Shown here one piece after another: positions 14,298-23,948 of a DNA stretch of 64,000 nucleotides; position 1 is the first letter of the stretch; each line of letters begins with the position of its first letter. The notes under the pieces were generated by a model. That model worked only from the letters and a program-made list of their open reading frames with translations, did not search any database and was not told where the DNA came from. Origin of the DNA: an uncultured delta proteobacterium (lineage in GTDB: Bacteria; Desulfobacterota; Desulfomonilia; UBA1062); contig CAVVYZ010000017.1 in assembly GCA_963752595.1 (NCBI GenBank), positions 128,001 through 192,000 on the forward strand. The letters are read 5' to 3'. The translations under genes and the position numbers were made by a program.

Positions 14298-15452
14298 CTA
14301 TTCCACGTAAAGAATATGCCCGAAGAGATGGATGCCCTGGGGGTGAGTCGGCAGGACCGGGAAGTCACGGCCCTCGTGGAGGGGCTCTATGAGCTTGACG
14401 GTTCGGGATGTCTGTTCAGCTGCGCCTTGGACCGCTTTATAAAATTCCAAAGGTGTAAACTGGGGACCGAGGTATGAGGTTGCAAAGAGCAATCCCGAAC
14501 TTTTCAACCTCTCGAGGGAAAGGGCCATAACCTTTTCCAGGTCATCGGACTCTTTTGGAAAGGCGGGCGGATCGCATATGATAATGTCATAGCGGGACCG
14601 GTCGTCCTGGAGGAACCTGAAGGCATCGTCACGCACGTGTTTCCAGACAAAAGGCGCTATTTTGTTTACCTCCAGGTTCTTTTTGGCCAGGGCCTGGGCA
14701 GGAGACGAGGAGTCGACGGATACTACCGATTTTGCCCCTCCTTTGAGGGCATGCACTGCATAGGCGCCGGTATAGGAAAAGAGATCGAGTACATCCTTGC
14801 CGGCAGCGGCTGCCTGGAGTTTTGCGCGGTTATTCCGGTGTTCGAGGTAAAAGCCTGTCTTGTCTCCTGTGAGAACATCGACCATGAAGGGTATTCCCAT
14901 CTCATGGACAAGGACCTCTCCCTCCTCGACGGCACCTGAAAGCGGTCCGCTCAAAGGGCGAAGCCCCTCGGACGACCTGGACCTCAAATCGGAGCGCTCA
15001 TGGATGGGGCATTTGGGATAGAGCTCCTGGAATATGGAGACGATATCTCCTTTGATTTCATCCATACCCGTGCTCAAAAACTGCATGACCACAACCGTAT
15101 GGAAAAAATCCACTACGAGTCCGGGAAGCATGTCCCCTTCTCCATTGACGAGACGGTAACATGTGGTGTCGGCAGGGATGAGCGATTCCCTCAGCCTGAT
15201 CGCCTGCTTTATCCTCCTCTGGAAGAATGCCCGGTCAATAGTTTCCTTGCCTCTGGAGAGAACCCTTACCGCGATCTGGGAGTAAGGATTGTAAAAACCC
15301 TGGCAGATGAACCTTCCCCGGGAATCAATGACCCTGCAGAGGCTGCCTTCTTCTGGGGATCCTTGAATTTTATCCACTGCCCCGGAAAATATCCAGGGAT
15401 GGCCTATAATTACAGGTATCTCTTTTTTTGGTTTGAGCCGGACGATCAGCAT
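14298..15452 (-). CDS. RlmI-like class I SAM-dependent rRNA methyltransferase
   Basis: PUA GHPWIF, RLVNGEGD.LPGL.VD, KTGFY, VLDLFSYTG, DPPAF. Confidence 0.88.
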   Translation of the reverse strand: MLIVRLKPKKEIPVIIGHPWIFSGAVDKIQGSPEEGSLCRVIDSRGRFICQGFYNPYSQIAVRVLSRGKETIDRAFFQRRIKQAIRLRESLIPADTTCYRLVNGEGDMLPGLVVDFFHTVVVMQFLSTGMDEIKGDIVSIFQELYPKCPIHERSDLRSRSSEGLRPLSGPLSGAVEEGEVLVHEMGIPFMVDVLTGDKTGFYLEHRNNRAKLQAAAAGKDVLDLFSYTGAYAVHALKGGAKSVVSVDSSSPAQALAKKNLEVNKIAPFVWKHVRDDAFRFLQDDRSRYDIIICDPPAFPKESDDLEKVMALSLERLKSSGLLFATSYLGPQFTPLEFYKAVQGAAEQTSRTVKLIEPLHEGRDFPVLPTHPQGIHLFGHILYVE

Positions 15453-15561
15453 AGGGTTTAAGCCTTTACCATAGTTTATTGCACGATGCTACAGCTTATT
15501 GAGTTTATTATATGAAATAAACTTGTAAAAATCGAGAGAGCATCCAAAAAGGCTTCCGGCA

Positions 15562-16062
15562 TTATCTCGGTCTGTTCGGGCTCTCTATGAAGTCGCAGAT
15601 CTTTGGAATATCTTCAAAGGAAAACCAGGGAACTCCTGCATCGATATATTCTTTGCTCACCAGTGCAATATAGGAAACATCAGGTTCTTCAATGCACATG
15701 GGGGTATCGTAGAGAGCAGGATTAAAAACCTCAATTTTCCTGAAAGGACCATTCTTGAAGCCCTCTACGAGTACGATGTCCATACCGTTTCGCGCGAGCG
15801 AGGAGAGATGCTCTATACCGGGCTCGGAGAGCTCATAAAGCATCAGCGCATTGTCGGAGAACAGGATGATGCGGTCAGCCCCCTGCTGAGAGAACTTATA
15901 GGTATCCTTGCCTTTTTTATCCACCTCCATCAGGTGGGTGCTGTGCTTGACGGCCGCAACACGTTTCCCCCGTGCTTTGAAGGCACTGATAAGTTGTTCG
16001 ATGAGATAGGTTTTTCCGCTGTTGGTCCCTCTGGCAACAAAGGCTACGATGTTTTCAAACAT
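15562..16062 (-). CDS. mobB: Molybdopterin-guanine dinucleotide biosynthesis protein B
   Basis: NSGKT, VKH..H....D..GKDT, VEGFK. Confidence 0.92.
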   Translation of the reverse strand: MFENIVAFVARGTNSGKTYLIEQLISAFKARGKRVAAVKHSTHLMEVDKKGKDTYKFSQQGADRIILFSDNALMLYELSEPGIEHLSSLARNGMDIVLVEGFKNGPFRKIEVFNPALYDTPMCIEEPDVSYIALVSKEYIDAGVPWFSFEDIPKICDFIESPNRPR

Positions 16063-16265
16063 GGCGTTTTCATCTTCTCCCAAACCCTATCCGGATGCGT
16101 GTAAAGAACCGGTCAGGGTAGGGGATATTGTATGACAAAGATCTTCCCTTTTGTAAACCCCGGCACGAAGTTTCTTAAGCAAAAGATCTTCACGATCCTT
16201 AGCTTGTGGGAGAAAAGGGAAGGATGAAAAGATAGTATATTTCTGGAGTAATTTCCTGACAACCC

Positions 16266-16700
16266 TCAATTTTTTTCTGCAAGAATCGGATGCCGGTGCG
16301 AATAGTTTTCGTCCGGGCATATGATCTGAAGGGCGCAGCGTTTGTTGACATTAATGATGATGGGCCCCAGAAGGTTGATGGTCATCTTGTCCGGCTGATT
16401 GAGCGGGATGGTAACGACACACATGACTTCGAGCTCGGATAAGTTCTCTGCATGGAGCTCTTTAAGGAGATTTTCTTCTATATTGATGGTATAATCGGAC
16501 TTCACCAGCTGTGGGTTCATGACCACGAAGGCGATTGTCCCGTCATCGACGCTCTGCAACCAATAAAAAGGGGATCCTTCCGTATGCGGGAAAAGGATAA
16601 ATTTTTTATTCTGGGAAAAACCCAGGATCCCTTTGGGAAAAAGGATTACCTTATCTTCCTGAGCCGTTATGGTTCCGAACCTCGCAGTTTGAATTTCCAA
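16266..16700 (-). CDS. fliW: Flagellar assembly factor FliW
   Basis: T.RFG, FP.GI.GF, WLQS.D, T.NL.GPI.IN. Confidence 0.95.
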   Translation of the reverse strand: MEIQTARFGTITAQEDKVILFPKGILGFSQNKKFILFPHTEGSPFYWLQSVDDGTIAFVVMNPQLVKSDYTINIEENLLKELHAENLSELEVMCVVTIPLNQPDKMTINLLGPIIINVNKRCALQIICPDENYSHRHPILAEKN

Positions 16701-16710
16701 GATCCTCCTC

Positions 16711-17820
16711 CTATATGTAATCTACAAGACTCATGCTCGTAATCATGGATGCACTTTTCAAGGTCGCCTGATAGATCGTTTGCTGGTTCTGCAGGGAAGT
16801 AAGGGCATCGGCATAGTCCAAGTCCTCGATATCCGATGTGGTTTTCTTATTGTCGACCACTGCAAGCTGGAGAACCGATTTCGTATGCTCGAGCCGGTTG
16901 ACCACAGCCCCAACCTTTGCAAGCTTGTTCATAAGATTTTTACTTGAATTTTCAAGCTCGGGGAGGCTGTCCTTGATTCTTTGGACATCGTTGTTGCGAA
17001 GTGCCTTCTCAAGCTTCATGAGGGTCATGAGGACATCTCCTGACGAGCTTCTGAAGAGCTGGCTGCCGGGGACATTGATTTCCGCCGTATCGGTTTTGCC
17101 GATCTTAACGGAAAAGGTATCGTCGTTCCCCGCATACTGGGTGGACCACCGGCCGTCGTGGTATACGTAAAGCTCATTTTCGCTCTGCACTACCGCCGAT
17201 GTTCCTTCGCCTGCCGCAGTACTTATCTGCCAGGCCGCTCCATCGTATTCGTAAATATTGCCGTCCGTAGTATTTATGTAGCGGTCTCCGGCTGAGGCTG
17301 CACCGCCGAGGTTCGCCACTGCTCCCGCGTTATCTGCAGCCATGGTACCCACATCATCCTGCCAGTCCGTAACGGGTGCAGACAGGAAAGGTGCTTCCTG
17401 AGTCATGGTGCCGCCGAAGATATACTTGTTTCCATACTTGGAGTTTGCATGGCCGAGGATCATCTCACGGATTTCTTTTATTTCCTGGGCCTCGCCCAAT
17501 CTTGCGCTTGCGTCCGACGTAGAGGAAGCCATCTGGACTGCAATCTCGGATGCACGGCCGAGCAGGTTATCCACATCATTGACGATGGAATCCGTTCGTG
17601 CGAGCCATCCGTTGGCAAGGTCGATAGACCTCTGGTATTGCTCAAAGGCATTCAATTCGGTGCGGTTTATCAAAACCCTGGAGAGCCCGAGAGGATCCTC
17701 GGAAGGCTTGTCTATACGCTTGCCCGATGAGATCTGGCTGTTCAGCCTGAAGAGCTTTTCCGTACTCTTCCCGAGATCCTTGACAAGCTGGTCGTAGAGA
17801 AATCTATTGCTCACTCTCAT
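16711..17820 (-). CDS. flgL: Flagellar hook-associated protein 3
   Basis: MRVS...QISSGKRI.KPS.DP, ANS..G..YIFGG, ED.DYA, YQA.L...SLVDYI. Confidence 0.92.
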   Translation of the reverse strand: MRVSNRFLYDQLVKDLGKSTEKLFRLNSQISSGKRIDKPSEDPLGLSRVLINRTELNAFEQYQRSIDLANGWLARTDSIVNDVDNLLGRASEIAVQMASSTSDASARLGEAQEIKEIREMILGHANSKYGNKYIFGGTMTQEAPFLSAPVTDWQDDVGTMAADNAGAVANLGGAASAGDRYINTTDGNIYEYDGAAWQISTAAGEGTSAVVQSENELYVYHDGRWSTQYAGNDDTFSVKIGKTDTAEINVPGSQLFRSSSGDVLMTLMKLEKALRNNDVQRIKDSLPELENSSKNLMNKLAKVGAVVNRLEHTKSVLQLAVVDNKKTTSDIEDLDYADALTSLQNQQTIYQATLKSASMITSMSLVDYI

Positions 17821-17828
17821 ATATCCAC

Positions 17829-17878
17829 CTATCGGCAAGCTGAACTCGCCTCTTTATTACTTTGCAATGATTCTGCCA
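17829..17878 (-). promoter_or_regulatory. Tandem sigma54 and sigma28 promoter motifs upstream of flgL
   Basis: Minus strand TGGCAG-N5-TTGCA (17878-17863) and TAAA-N16-GCCGATAG (17856-17829). Confidence 0.65.
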
Positions 17879-17921
17879 GGGTGGATAATCCAAGGAGGGC
17901 CTTGAGAAAGGCACGCGGCAG

Positions 17922-17961
17922 GGGGAAAAGAGTTCCCTTCTAAGGAGGAAGTCTTTTCCCC
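17922..17961 (-). terminator. Stem-loop right after the mtaD stop codon
   Basis: GGGGAAAAGA...TCTTTTCCCC inverted repeat; no clear U-tract. Confidence 0.45.
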
Positions 17962-17962
17962 T

Positions 17963-19249
17963 TCAGCTCTTAGAAACCCTTTCCTGGATCTTGCGGCATT
18001 CCCTGATGAGCGCTTCCTCGTCGACCGTAGTCGAAGTAAAATCCCTGACAATGATCCGGCCGTTTATGACTACATCCTTCACATTGGAGCCGGAAGCCGC
18101 ATAGATTACATGGGAAACAGGGTTATAGACCGGAACCAGATTCGGCGCATGACCGTCCAGGGTTATGATGTCGGCGAGTTTTCCCGGCTCCAGGCTTCCG
18201 GCATCTAGCTTAAGCGCTCGGGCAGCATTTTCGGTCATGAGGGACAGCGCAGTGCATTCATCGAGCACGGTCGGGTCCATGGTATTGATCTTGTGCAGCT
18301 TTGCAACCGTAGATATCTCCGTAATCATGTCCAGGTTATTATTGCTCGCACACCCGTCGGTTCCGATCGTAACGTTCACCCCTGCTGCAAGCATTTTAGG
18401 GATAGGGGCGATCCCTGATGCCAGCTTCATGTTGCTCTCGGCGTTATGGGCCACCGAGACTCCTCTCTCTGCGAGGAGCCCGATCTCGTCATCGTTAAGG
18501 ACAACGCAATGTGCCGCCAACGTGCGTGGCGAGAGGCACCCGAGAGAATCCAGGAGCTCCACAGGCGTCATTTTATATTGTTCCATTACCTGCCTGACCT
18601 CGGCCTCTGTCTCGCTCAGGTGGATCTGAAACACGAGGTCGAACTCTTCAGCCAGGCCGTAAGCCTGGACGAGAAGCTCCGGCGAACAGGTATACACGGC
18701 ATGGGGGAATACCGTAGGCCGTGCAAGCTCGTCATCGAGCCAGCGGCTTATGAATCTCCGGGAGTGTTCGATTGTGCGCGAAGGGTCAGACAGCGACGGG
18801 CTGGGAAACTGGAGGATCCCTTCGCCAAGCCAAGACCTAAGCCCCACTTCATGGGCCGCCTTTCCCACCTGGTCTTCGTAGAAATACCCGTCGCAGAAAG
18901 CCGTGGTGCCGGATCTGGTCATTTCCCATGCCGCCAGCAGCGTCCCGAGATAGACGAACTCCTTGTTCACGAACTTGGCTTCCGCCGGGAAGATATAGTC
19001 CTGCAGCCACGACATGAGGGGAAGGTCGTCGGCAAATCCCCGGAACAGGGTCATGGAGGCGTGGGTATGGGTGTTGATGAGCCCGGGCATCACGATATCG
19101 AAGGGCCCGCCGAGAACTTCATCGATGCCTTGGGGGAGGATCGGCGTTATCTCCCTGATGGTACTGCCTTCTACGACGACATAGTGGTCACGCAGCACTT
19201 CCCGGGAATTCTTGATGACATAGCCCCCCTGAACGGCGATCCTTTTCAT
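17963..19249 (-). CDS. mtaD: MTA/SAH deaminase-like amidohydrolase
   Basis: PGLINTHTH, FRG.ADDLPL..WL, PHA.YT, HLSET, SNMKLASG, GTDG.ASNN. Confidence 0.85.
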   Translation of the reverse strand: MKRIAVQGGYVIKNSREVLRDHYVVVEGSTIREITPILPQGIDEVLGGPFDIVMPGLINTHTHASMTLFRGFADDLPLMSWLQDYIFPAEAKFVNKEFVYLGTLLAAWEMTRSGTTAFCDGYFYEDQVGKAAHEVGLRSWLGEGILQFPSPSLSDPSRTIEHSRRFISRWLDDELARPTVFPHAVYTCSPELLVQAYGLAEEFDLVFQIHLSETEAEVRQVMEQYKMTPVELLDSLGCLSPRTLAAHCVVLNDDEIGLLAERGVSVAHNAESNMKLASGIAPIPKMLAAGVNVTIGTDGCASNNNLDMITEISTVAKLHKINTMDPTVLDECTALSLMTENAARALKLDAGSLEPGKLADIITLDGHAPNLVPVYNPVSHVIYAASGSNVKDVVINGRIIVRDFTSTTVDEEALIRECRKIQERVSKS

Positions 19250-19272
19250 GCGAAATGCTCCACGATTAAAAC

Positions 19273-19881
19273 TTATTTCACGTTCCTTCGGTACCGCAGT
19301 GCACTGGCCAGGGTTACCTGGTCCATGTACTTCAATTCCCCGCCCATGGGGACTCCGGATGCAATCCTGCTTACCCGGACGTTCAGTTTTCTTTCTTCGA
19401 TGAGCCTCGTGATGTAGTGGAACGTTCCTTCGCCTTCAACCGACGGGTTGGTGGCGACAATGACCTCGCTGACAGGGTTTCGCGTGAGGCGGTCCATGAG
19501 TTCGGGCAGCTTGATGTCTTCGGGGCCGATCCCGCCCATAGGTGATACGAGGCCGTGCAGCACATGGTAGAGACCCTTGTATGCATGGGCGGATTCAAGG
19601 GCGAGCACGTCGCTCGGCTCCTCCACCACGCAGATTATCGAGGAGTCGCGCGAAGGATCCTGGCATATGGAGCATTTCGGCATATCCGCGAGATTGTAGC
19701 AGACGGAGCACAGGCGGATGGTCTCCCGCACCGTGGTCAACGATCCGGCAAGATCGGCGGCAAGATTGTCCCTGTCTGCAAGGATGAACAGGGCGAGCCT
19801 GGTTGCGGTCTTTTCACCCACGCCGGGAAGGCGCTTAAGTTGTGATATGAGCTGCTTGAGCGGCTTAGGATACGGGTCCAT
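19273..19881 (-). CDS. recR: Recombination mediator RecR
   Basis: LPGVGEKTA.RLA, C4 zinc finger, Toprim ATNP.VEGE, G.P.GG.L.Y.D. Confidence 0.98.
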   Translation of the reverse strand: MDPYPKPLKQLISQLKRLPGVGEKTATRLALFILADRDNLAADLAGSLTTVRETIRLCSVCYNLADMPKCSICQDPSRDSSIICVVEEPSDVLALESAHAYKGLYHVLHGLVSPMGGIGPEDIKLPELMDRLTRNPVSEVIVATNPSVEGEGTFHYITRLIEERKLNVRVSRIASGVPMGGELKYMDQVTLASALRYRRNVK

Positions 19882-19883
19882 CT

Positions 19884-20201
19884 TCAGACGATGTCAAAAG
19901 GCAGCGGCAAACCGCCTGTGAGCTGTTTCATCTCTGATGCCATGAGTTCTCTGGACTTCTGTATCCCCTGGTTCACTGCCGCAAGGATAAGATCTTCGAG
20001 CATGGGAATATCGCGGCTGTCCACGCAGACGGGGTCGATCTTGATTTCCCTGATTTCCTGCCTGCCGGTCACCGTAACCGTAACCATGCCGCCTCCCGAG
20101 GAGGCCGTCACGGTTTTTTGGGCGAGGCCTTCCTGTATCTTCTTTGCGTGTTCCTGGATGTTCTGGACCTGCTTCATGAGTTCTTGAAAATTGAATTCCA
20201 T
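19884..20201 (-). CDS. ybaB: YbaB/EbfC nucleoid-associated protein
   Basis: SGGGMV.V, LEDLI.AA.N; directly upstream of recR. Confidence 0.95.
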   Translation of the reverse strand: MEFNFQELMKQVQNIQEHAKKIQEGLAQKTVTASSGGGMVTVTVTGRQEIREIKIDPVCVDSRDIPMLEDLILAAVNQGIQKSRELMASEMKQLTGGLPLPFDIV

Positions 20202-20327
20202 ATCAACCATTAATACGGAAAAACAACTAGGTGTCAACACGCATCATCTTGACAGCAAGCCTTCCCAATCGTTATCATAATAAAAAAATCTTCCTTATCG
20301 AGCAGTGAAAGGAATGGAGGTTTGATC

Positions 20328-21104
20328 ATGCCCCGGAGGTTCATCGACCTTTCCATCGCCATTGAAGACGGGTTGCCCAGCGACCCGCCGCTCATGATTC
20401 CCAAGATCACCTATCTGGATCACCGGATAGGTGCGGAGACCATGAAGCTTTTTTATCCCGGGCTCGATTCGGAAGACCTGCCCGGAGGGCTGGGCTGGGC
20501 CGTGGAAATCCTTGAGCTGTCCACCCATGCAGGGACCCATATGGACGCCCCCTGGCACTATCATCCGAGCCAGGATTCGGGAAAGCCTGCCCTTACCATC
20601 GATCAGTTTCCCCTGGAGTGGGCCGTTGGAGACGGAGTGGTAATGGACTTCACCGACCGGCACGACGGCTATAAGATCACCCCGGATGACATCATCGCAA
20701 AACTCGATGCCATGAACTATAGCATGAAAGAAGGCGATATCTTCCTGGCCAGGACCGGAGCGGACGCCTACTGGGGAAGGCCCGAATACCTGGTGAAGGG
20801 TTGCGGCTTCGGCCGCGAGGCAACATTATGGCTCATCAACCAGGGGATCCATGTCGTGGGGACCGATGCGTGGAGCTGGGACAGGCCGCTTGCCTTCCAG
20901 GCCGAGGACTTTATACGGACACACGATCCTTCCCTCGTCTGGGAAGGACATTTCGCCGGGATCGAAAAAGGGTACTTCCAGATCGAAAAGCTCACCAATC
21001 TGGACAAGCTTCCGCCCACGGGATTCACCTTCTATTGCTTTCCCATCAAGATCAAGGGAGCCGGCGCAGGCTGGATCCGGGCGGTTGCCGAGATTCATGG
21101 TTGA
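20328..21104 (+). CDS. Cyclase-family metal-dependent hydrolase (kynurenine formamidase-like)
   Basis: IDLS, HAGTHMDAPWH, GTD.WSWD, IEKL.NL, P.KI....AGW.RAVA. Confidence 0.9.
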   Translation: MPRRFIDLSIAIEDGLPSDPPLMIPKITYLDHRIGAETMKLFYPGLDSEDLPGGLGWAVEILELSTHAGTHMDAPWHYHPSQDSGKPALTIDQFPLEWAVGDGVVMDFTDRHDGYKITPDDIIAKLDAMNYSMKEGDIFLARTGADAYWGRPEYLVKGCGFGREATLWLINQGIHVVGTDAWSWDRPLAFQAEDFIRTHDPSLVWEGHFAGIEKGYFQIEKLTNLDKLPPTGFTFYCFPIKIKGAGAGWIRAVAEIHG

Positions 21105-21266
21105 CCAGGTACTGGTAAATGTCTTATGATTTTGTTGTAAGGGCGAAACGAGCTGCCTGAAGGCTGAACCGGACCCTTATACAGGCCTTTTCTCCATGAA
21201 GGAATGCCAAAAAAGAAATTGAAAAAAACCTTGAAGATGACCAGCGATGTGGGCTAGAGGAAGGTT

Positions 21267-22028
21267 ATGCTCGCCATTGATGTGGGCAATACCCATATAA
21301 CCTGTGCAGTCATAGAGGGGGCTGAAATCCGGGTGGTCCGGCGTATCCCGACCGAAGCATGCCTGAAAAGCGGCACCTTCTTTGAGCATCTCGACCTTGC
21401 GGGCGAACCGGTGCCCGAAGAAATAGTGCTCAGCAGCGTGCGGAAGAGCATTTCCGGCATCATCTGCAGGGAGTGCGAGGGGCTCTCCGGCATCATGCCC
21501 TTTATCGTTGCCAACGATACACCCATGGGGATTACGAACCGCTATCTGTCGAAAGAAACCCTCGGGGCAGACAGGCTCGTGGACGTAGCGGCCTGCTATC
21601 ATCTCTATACAAAGGGGCAGCAGCCCGGGATCGTAATCGATATGGGCACTGCGACGACCATTGATTACATCACAGAGAAGGGGGAATATCTTGGAGGTGT
21701 AATCGCTCCCGGTCTCATCAGCGCATACCGCGGCCTGCTTGCCTCTGCACCGGAACTGCCTGAAATCGAGATATCGCCGGTGGATAGGCTTGTCGGGACA
21801 ACGACCCGAGACTGCATCCGCTCAGGGGTGGTCGCAGGCCATGCAGCCATGGTGAAGGAGCTTTCCTCCCTAATGGCACAGGCGCATCGGTCAAAACCGG
21901 TGGTGGCGGTGACCGGCGGGCTTGCCCCAATGGTTATTGCCTGGCTGCCGGAAGAATTCATCCATGACGAGTATCTGATGATCAAGGGGTTATCATTCAT
22001 TTATCAGATAAATATAAAAGATGATTAA
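21267..22028 (+). CDS. coaX: Type III pantothenate kinase
   Basis: IDVGNT, LGADR, DMGTATT.D, GG.I.PG, TGG. Confidence 0.95.
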   Translation: MLAIDVGNTHITCAVIEGAEIRVVRRIPTEACLKSGTFFEHLDLAGEPVPEEIVLSSVRKSISGIICRECEGLSGIMPFIVANDTPMGITNRYLSKETLGADRLVDVAACYHLYTKGQQPGIVIDMGTATTIDYITEKGEYLGGVIAPGLISAYRGLLASAPELPEIEISPVDRLVGTTTRDCIRSGVVAGHAAMVKELSSLMAQAHRSKPVVAVTGGLAPMVIAWLPEEFIHDEYLMIKGLSFIYQINIKDD

Positions 22029-22053
22029 GATTTTAAAAAGGGTTTGCCGATAA
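22026..22053 (+). promoter_or_regulatory. Putative sigma28 promoter upstream of the amidase
   Basis: TAAG-N16-GCCGATAA (perfect -10 octamer at 22046-22053). Confidence 0.5.
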
Positions 22054-22124
22054 TTTCCTTGCGAGGGATTTTTATATAAAAACCCGAGGACAAGTAAGGG
22101 ATTACTTAAAAAAGACAAAACGTA

Positions 22125-23948
22125 ATGGATTACATCAATGAAAAACTAAGGCTCGCATTCTGTGTCTTTTTCTTCAGTTGCATGGTTGCCTCGATTCTCG
22201 GGGCAGAGGCATACGCTTCAAACGACGTTGCCGCCTTGTTCCAGGATGCCAATAAATCCTATGTGGAGCTCAGCAGAGACGCCTCCAAGAAGAAAATACG
22301 GGACAACTGGGTAAAGGTGATCTGTGAATTCAGGGATATTGCCGAAAGATATCCCGACTCTGCCTTTGCACCCCAGGCCTGTTTCAAGGTCGGTAAGATT
22401 TACGAGCAGTTCTACCGGTATTCAGGGAAAAAGAACGACATATTGATGGCCTCCCAGGCGTATCAGGATTTTGTCAGAAAATATCCTAAAAACGATGTCG
22501 CAGATAATGCCCTTTACAATGCCGGTCTCATAGAAGAAAACCTCGGCAACCATGATAAGGCTTCAGTCTATTACCGGCGTATCATCGATGAGTACGCCAA
22601 GGGGGATATGGCTGACCAGGCTCGGAAGAAGCTGGGCGAGAGCATCCCGGCATCGAATGCAAAAGCTTCTGTCCAGGCTGTAAAGTCTGAAAAAATTATC
22701 CCGGCAGAACGTACGGAGGGAAAAGTGAAAAAACGTTCTGTGGTGAGAAATGTTCGCGATTGGACAGCCCAGGGCAATACCCGCGTCGTAATCGATCTTG
22801 ACCGAACCGTTTCCTACAAAACCTTTGTCCTTTCCGGGGATCCGAAGGAGAACAAGCCTAACCGGCTTGTCATCGATCTCAAGGATGCCAGGGTGCCTTC
22901 AAGCATCCCGTCGAGCCGCAGGATAGAAGATTCATCCGTCTCCGGCATCCGCATCTCGCAATTTTCCGCGGATAAGGTCCGGATAGTCCTTGATTTCAAG
23001 GAAAAGCCGTATTTCGAAGCATCCGCCATGGAAGATCCTTTCCGGATAATCATCGATGTCGGCAGCAGCAGTGCATCCCTCAAATCCGCTTCATCCGAGC
23101 TGAATACGGCATCCACCCTGGATGCTTCTTCCCAGGGCGCAGCCTCCAAGGAAACAGCTCCATACCAGAGCACGGTGAAGAAGGTCGCGCCTGGTTCCCC
23201 GGCAAAGGTCAATGATAAGGAAGATGCCCCGACTATAGCATCCCAGCTCTCTTTACGGGTATCGCGCATCGTGATCGATCCCGGGCATGGAGGAAAGGAT
23301 CCGGGCGCCATCAGCCCTACCGGTGTACGGGAAAAAGAACTTACGCTGGAAATCGGGAAACTCCTTGCAAAGCGGTTGAAGTCTGACGGTTTCGAGACCT
23401 ACATGACCCGGAGCAAAGATGAGTTCCTTACCCTGGAAGAACGGACTACCTTTGCCAACAAGAAAAGGGCAGACCTGTTCATCTCGGTGCACATCAACTC
23501 TCACCAGAACAACACTGTAAGCGGCATCGAAACCTATTTCCTGAATCTCACGACGGATTCCTCGGCCATCGAGGTCGCTGCCAGGGAAAATGCCACTACC
23601 CAGAAATCGATCAGTGATCTGCAGCTGATAATCAACGATCTCATGCTCAACTCAAAGATCAATGAGTCGTCAAAATTCGCCAACTGTGTTCACACCAGCG
23701 TAGTCTCATCAGCGGTCACGACCGGATATGACGGAAAAAATCTGGGCGTAAGGCAGGCGCCGTTCTATGTCCTGCTGGGAGCACAGATGCCTTCTATCCT
23801 CCTTGAGCTCGGCTTCCTGACGAATTCCACGGACATCGGAATGCTGAAGCGGCGCACGTATCAGGAAACTTTGGTAGATGGTATTGCAAAGGGAATAAAT
23901 AATTATATAATGAACACCACATATGCGTATAGCTGGAGGAATAGATGA
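22125..23948 (+). CDS. N-acetylmuramoyl-L-alanine amidase with TPR and AMIN domains
   Basis: Signal peptide, TPR helices, RVVIDLD/RLVIDL AMIN, IDPGHGGKDPGA, SVH.N, ARENA, APF.VL, ELGF. Confidence 0.93.
   Translation: MDYINEKLRLAFCVFFFSCMVASILGAEAYASNDVAALFQDANKSYVELSRDASKKKIRDNWVKVICEFRDIAERYPDSAFAPQACFKVGKIYEQFYRYSGKKNDILMASQAYQDFVRKYPKNDVADNALYNAGLIEENLGNHDKASVYYRRIIDEYAKGDMADQARKKLGESIPASNAKASVQAVKSEKIIPAERTEGKVKKRSVVRNVRDWTAQGNTRVVIDLDRTVSYKTFVLSGDPKENKPNRLVIDLKDARVPSSIPSSRRIEDSSVSGIRISQFSADKVRIVLDFKEKPYFEASAMEDPFRIIIDVGSSSASLKSASSELNTASTLDASSQGAASKETAPYQSTVKKVAPGSPAKVNDKEDAPTIASQLSLRVSRIVIDPGHGGKDPGAISPTGVREKELTLEIGKLLAKRLKSDGFETYMTRSKDEFLTLEERTTFANKKRADLFISVHINSHQNNTVSGIETYFLNLTTDSSAIEVAARENATTQKSISDLQLIINDLMLNSKINESSKFANCVHTSVVSSAVTTGYDGKNLGVRQAPFYVLLGAQMPSILLELGFLTNSTDIGMLKRRTYQETLVDGIAKGINNYIMNTTYAYSWRNR

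Noticed and set aside
16085-16125. Moco riboswitch upstream of mobB
   Set aside because: One imperfect hairpin only; I could not see the multi-stem Moco/Tuco consensus.
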